DNA of 64,000 nucleotides from Candidatus Binatia bacterium (GTDB lineage Bacteria; Desulfobacterota; Binatia; HRBIN30): NCBI GenBank assembly GCA_026004215.1, contig BPIR01000001.1, positions 1,543,860 to 1,607,859 of the forward strand, read 5' to 3'. Shown piece by piece: positions 63,976 to 64,000 of this stretch (position 1 is its first letter; each line of letters starts with the position of its first letter). The notes under the pieces were generated by a model. It saw only the letters and a program-made list of their open reading frames with translations, ran no database searches and was not told where the DNA came from. The position numbers and the translations under genes were made by a program.

Positions 63976-64000
63976 GAATTGCCTTGCTGGGCGCGACGCG
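63972..64000 (+). CDS. 5' end of a Rossmann-fold (SDR/epimerase, DprE2-like?) gene, partial
   Basis: MRIALLGAT... begins with an ATGA overlap at the DprE1-like stop. Only 9 codons are visible. Confidence 0.3.

Overview
This is a high-GC (~65-70%) window from a Gram-negative-type bacterium. The lineage is uncertain; PT-rich linkers, dockerin-like modules, an F420-type DDN nitroreductase and a DprE1-like oxidase point to a deltaproteobacterial, myxobacterial or candidate-phylum genome. The first 6 kb hold the most unusual material, a decaying Rhs/teneurin-like polymorphic-toxin locus. A ~245-bp near-identical segment occurs at both 1-245 and 3397-3641, so a paralogous upstream gene ends at 426 with a different C-terminus. 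The main Rhs-like gene (1079-3829) carries a -1 frameshift inside the conserved Rhs core-end motif. It is followed directly by a low-GC module, a signal-peptide protein plus a mini-lipoprotein. Further downstream are a zinc-ribbon gene stub, a transposase C-terminal remnant bracketed by 24-bp direct repeats, and an orphan Rhs YD-repeat fragment. The rest of the window is mostly ordinary chromosome with several notable clusters: (1) a thiolase-like, DUF35, hydantoinase B and hydantoinase A operon (9929-15503) with a MaoC-like double-hotdog hydratase nearby; (2) an ECF sigma, zinc-finger anti-sigma, di-haem cytochrome c peroxidase, Tat metallophosphoesterase, c-type cytochrome and Spy/CpxP-like operon (38276-43020), divergent from a 1.27-kaa beta-propeller plus di-haem peroxidase-like plus PT-linker protein; (3) a UbiA prenyltransferase and cytochrome P450 pair next to tRNA-Val. 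Other genes include ribBA with a degenerate GTP-cyclohydrolase-II domain, dsbD, a membrane-embedded spermidine-synthase-like protein, a PAS histidine kinase, a metzincin, a phospholipase-C-like phosphoesterase, pcm, a sigma-70 factor, a second orphan hydantoinase B, an AMP/thymidine-phosphorylase-like gene, and a PfkB kinase, DprE1-like oxidase and DprE2-like start. About 2.1 kb (18600-20740) has no credible ORF. No CRISPR array, rRNA or FMN riboswitch was found. Many long antisense ORFs in the track are treated as GC-driven artefacts.
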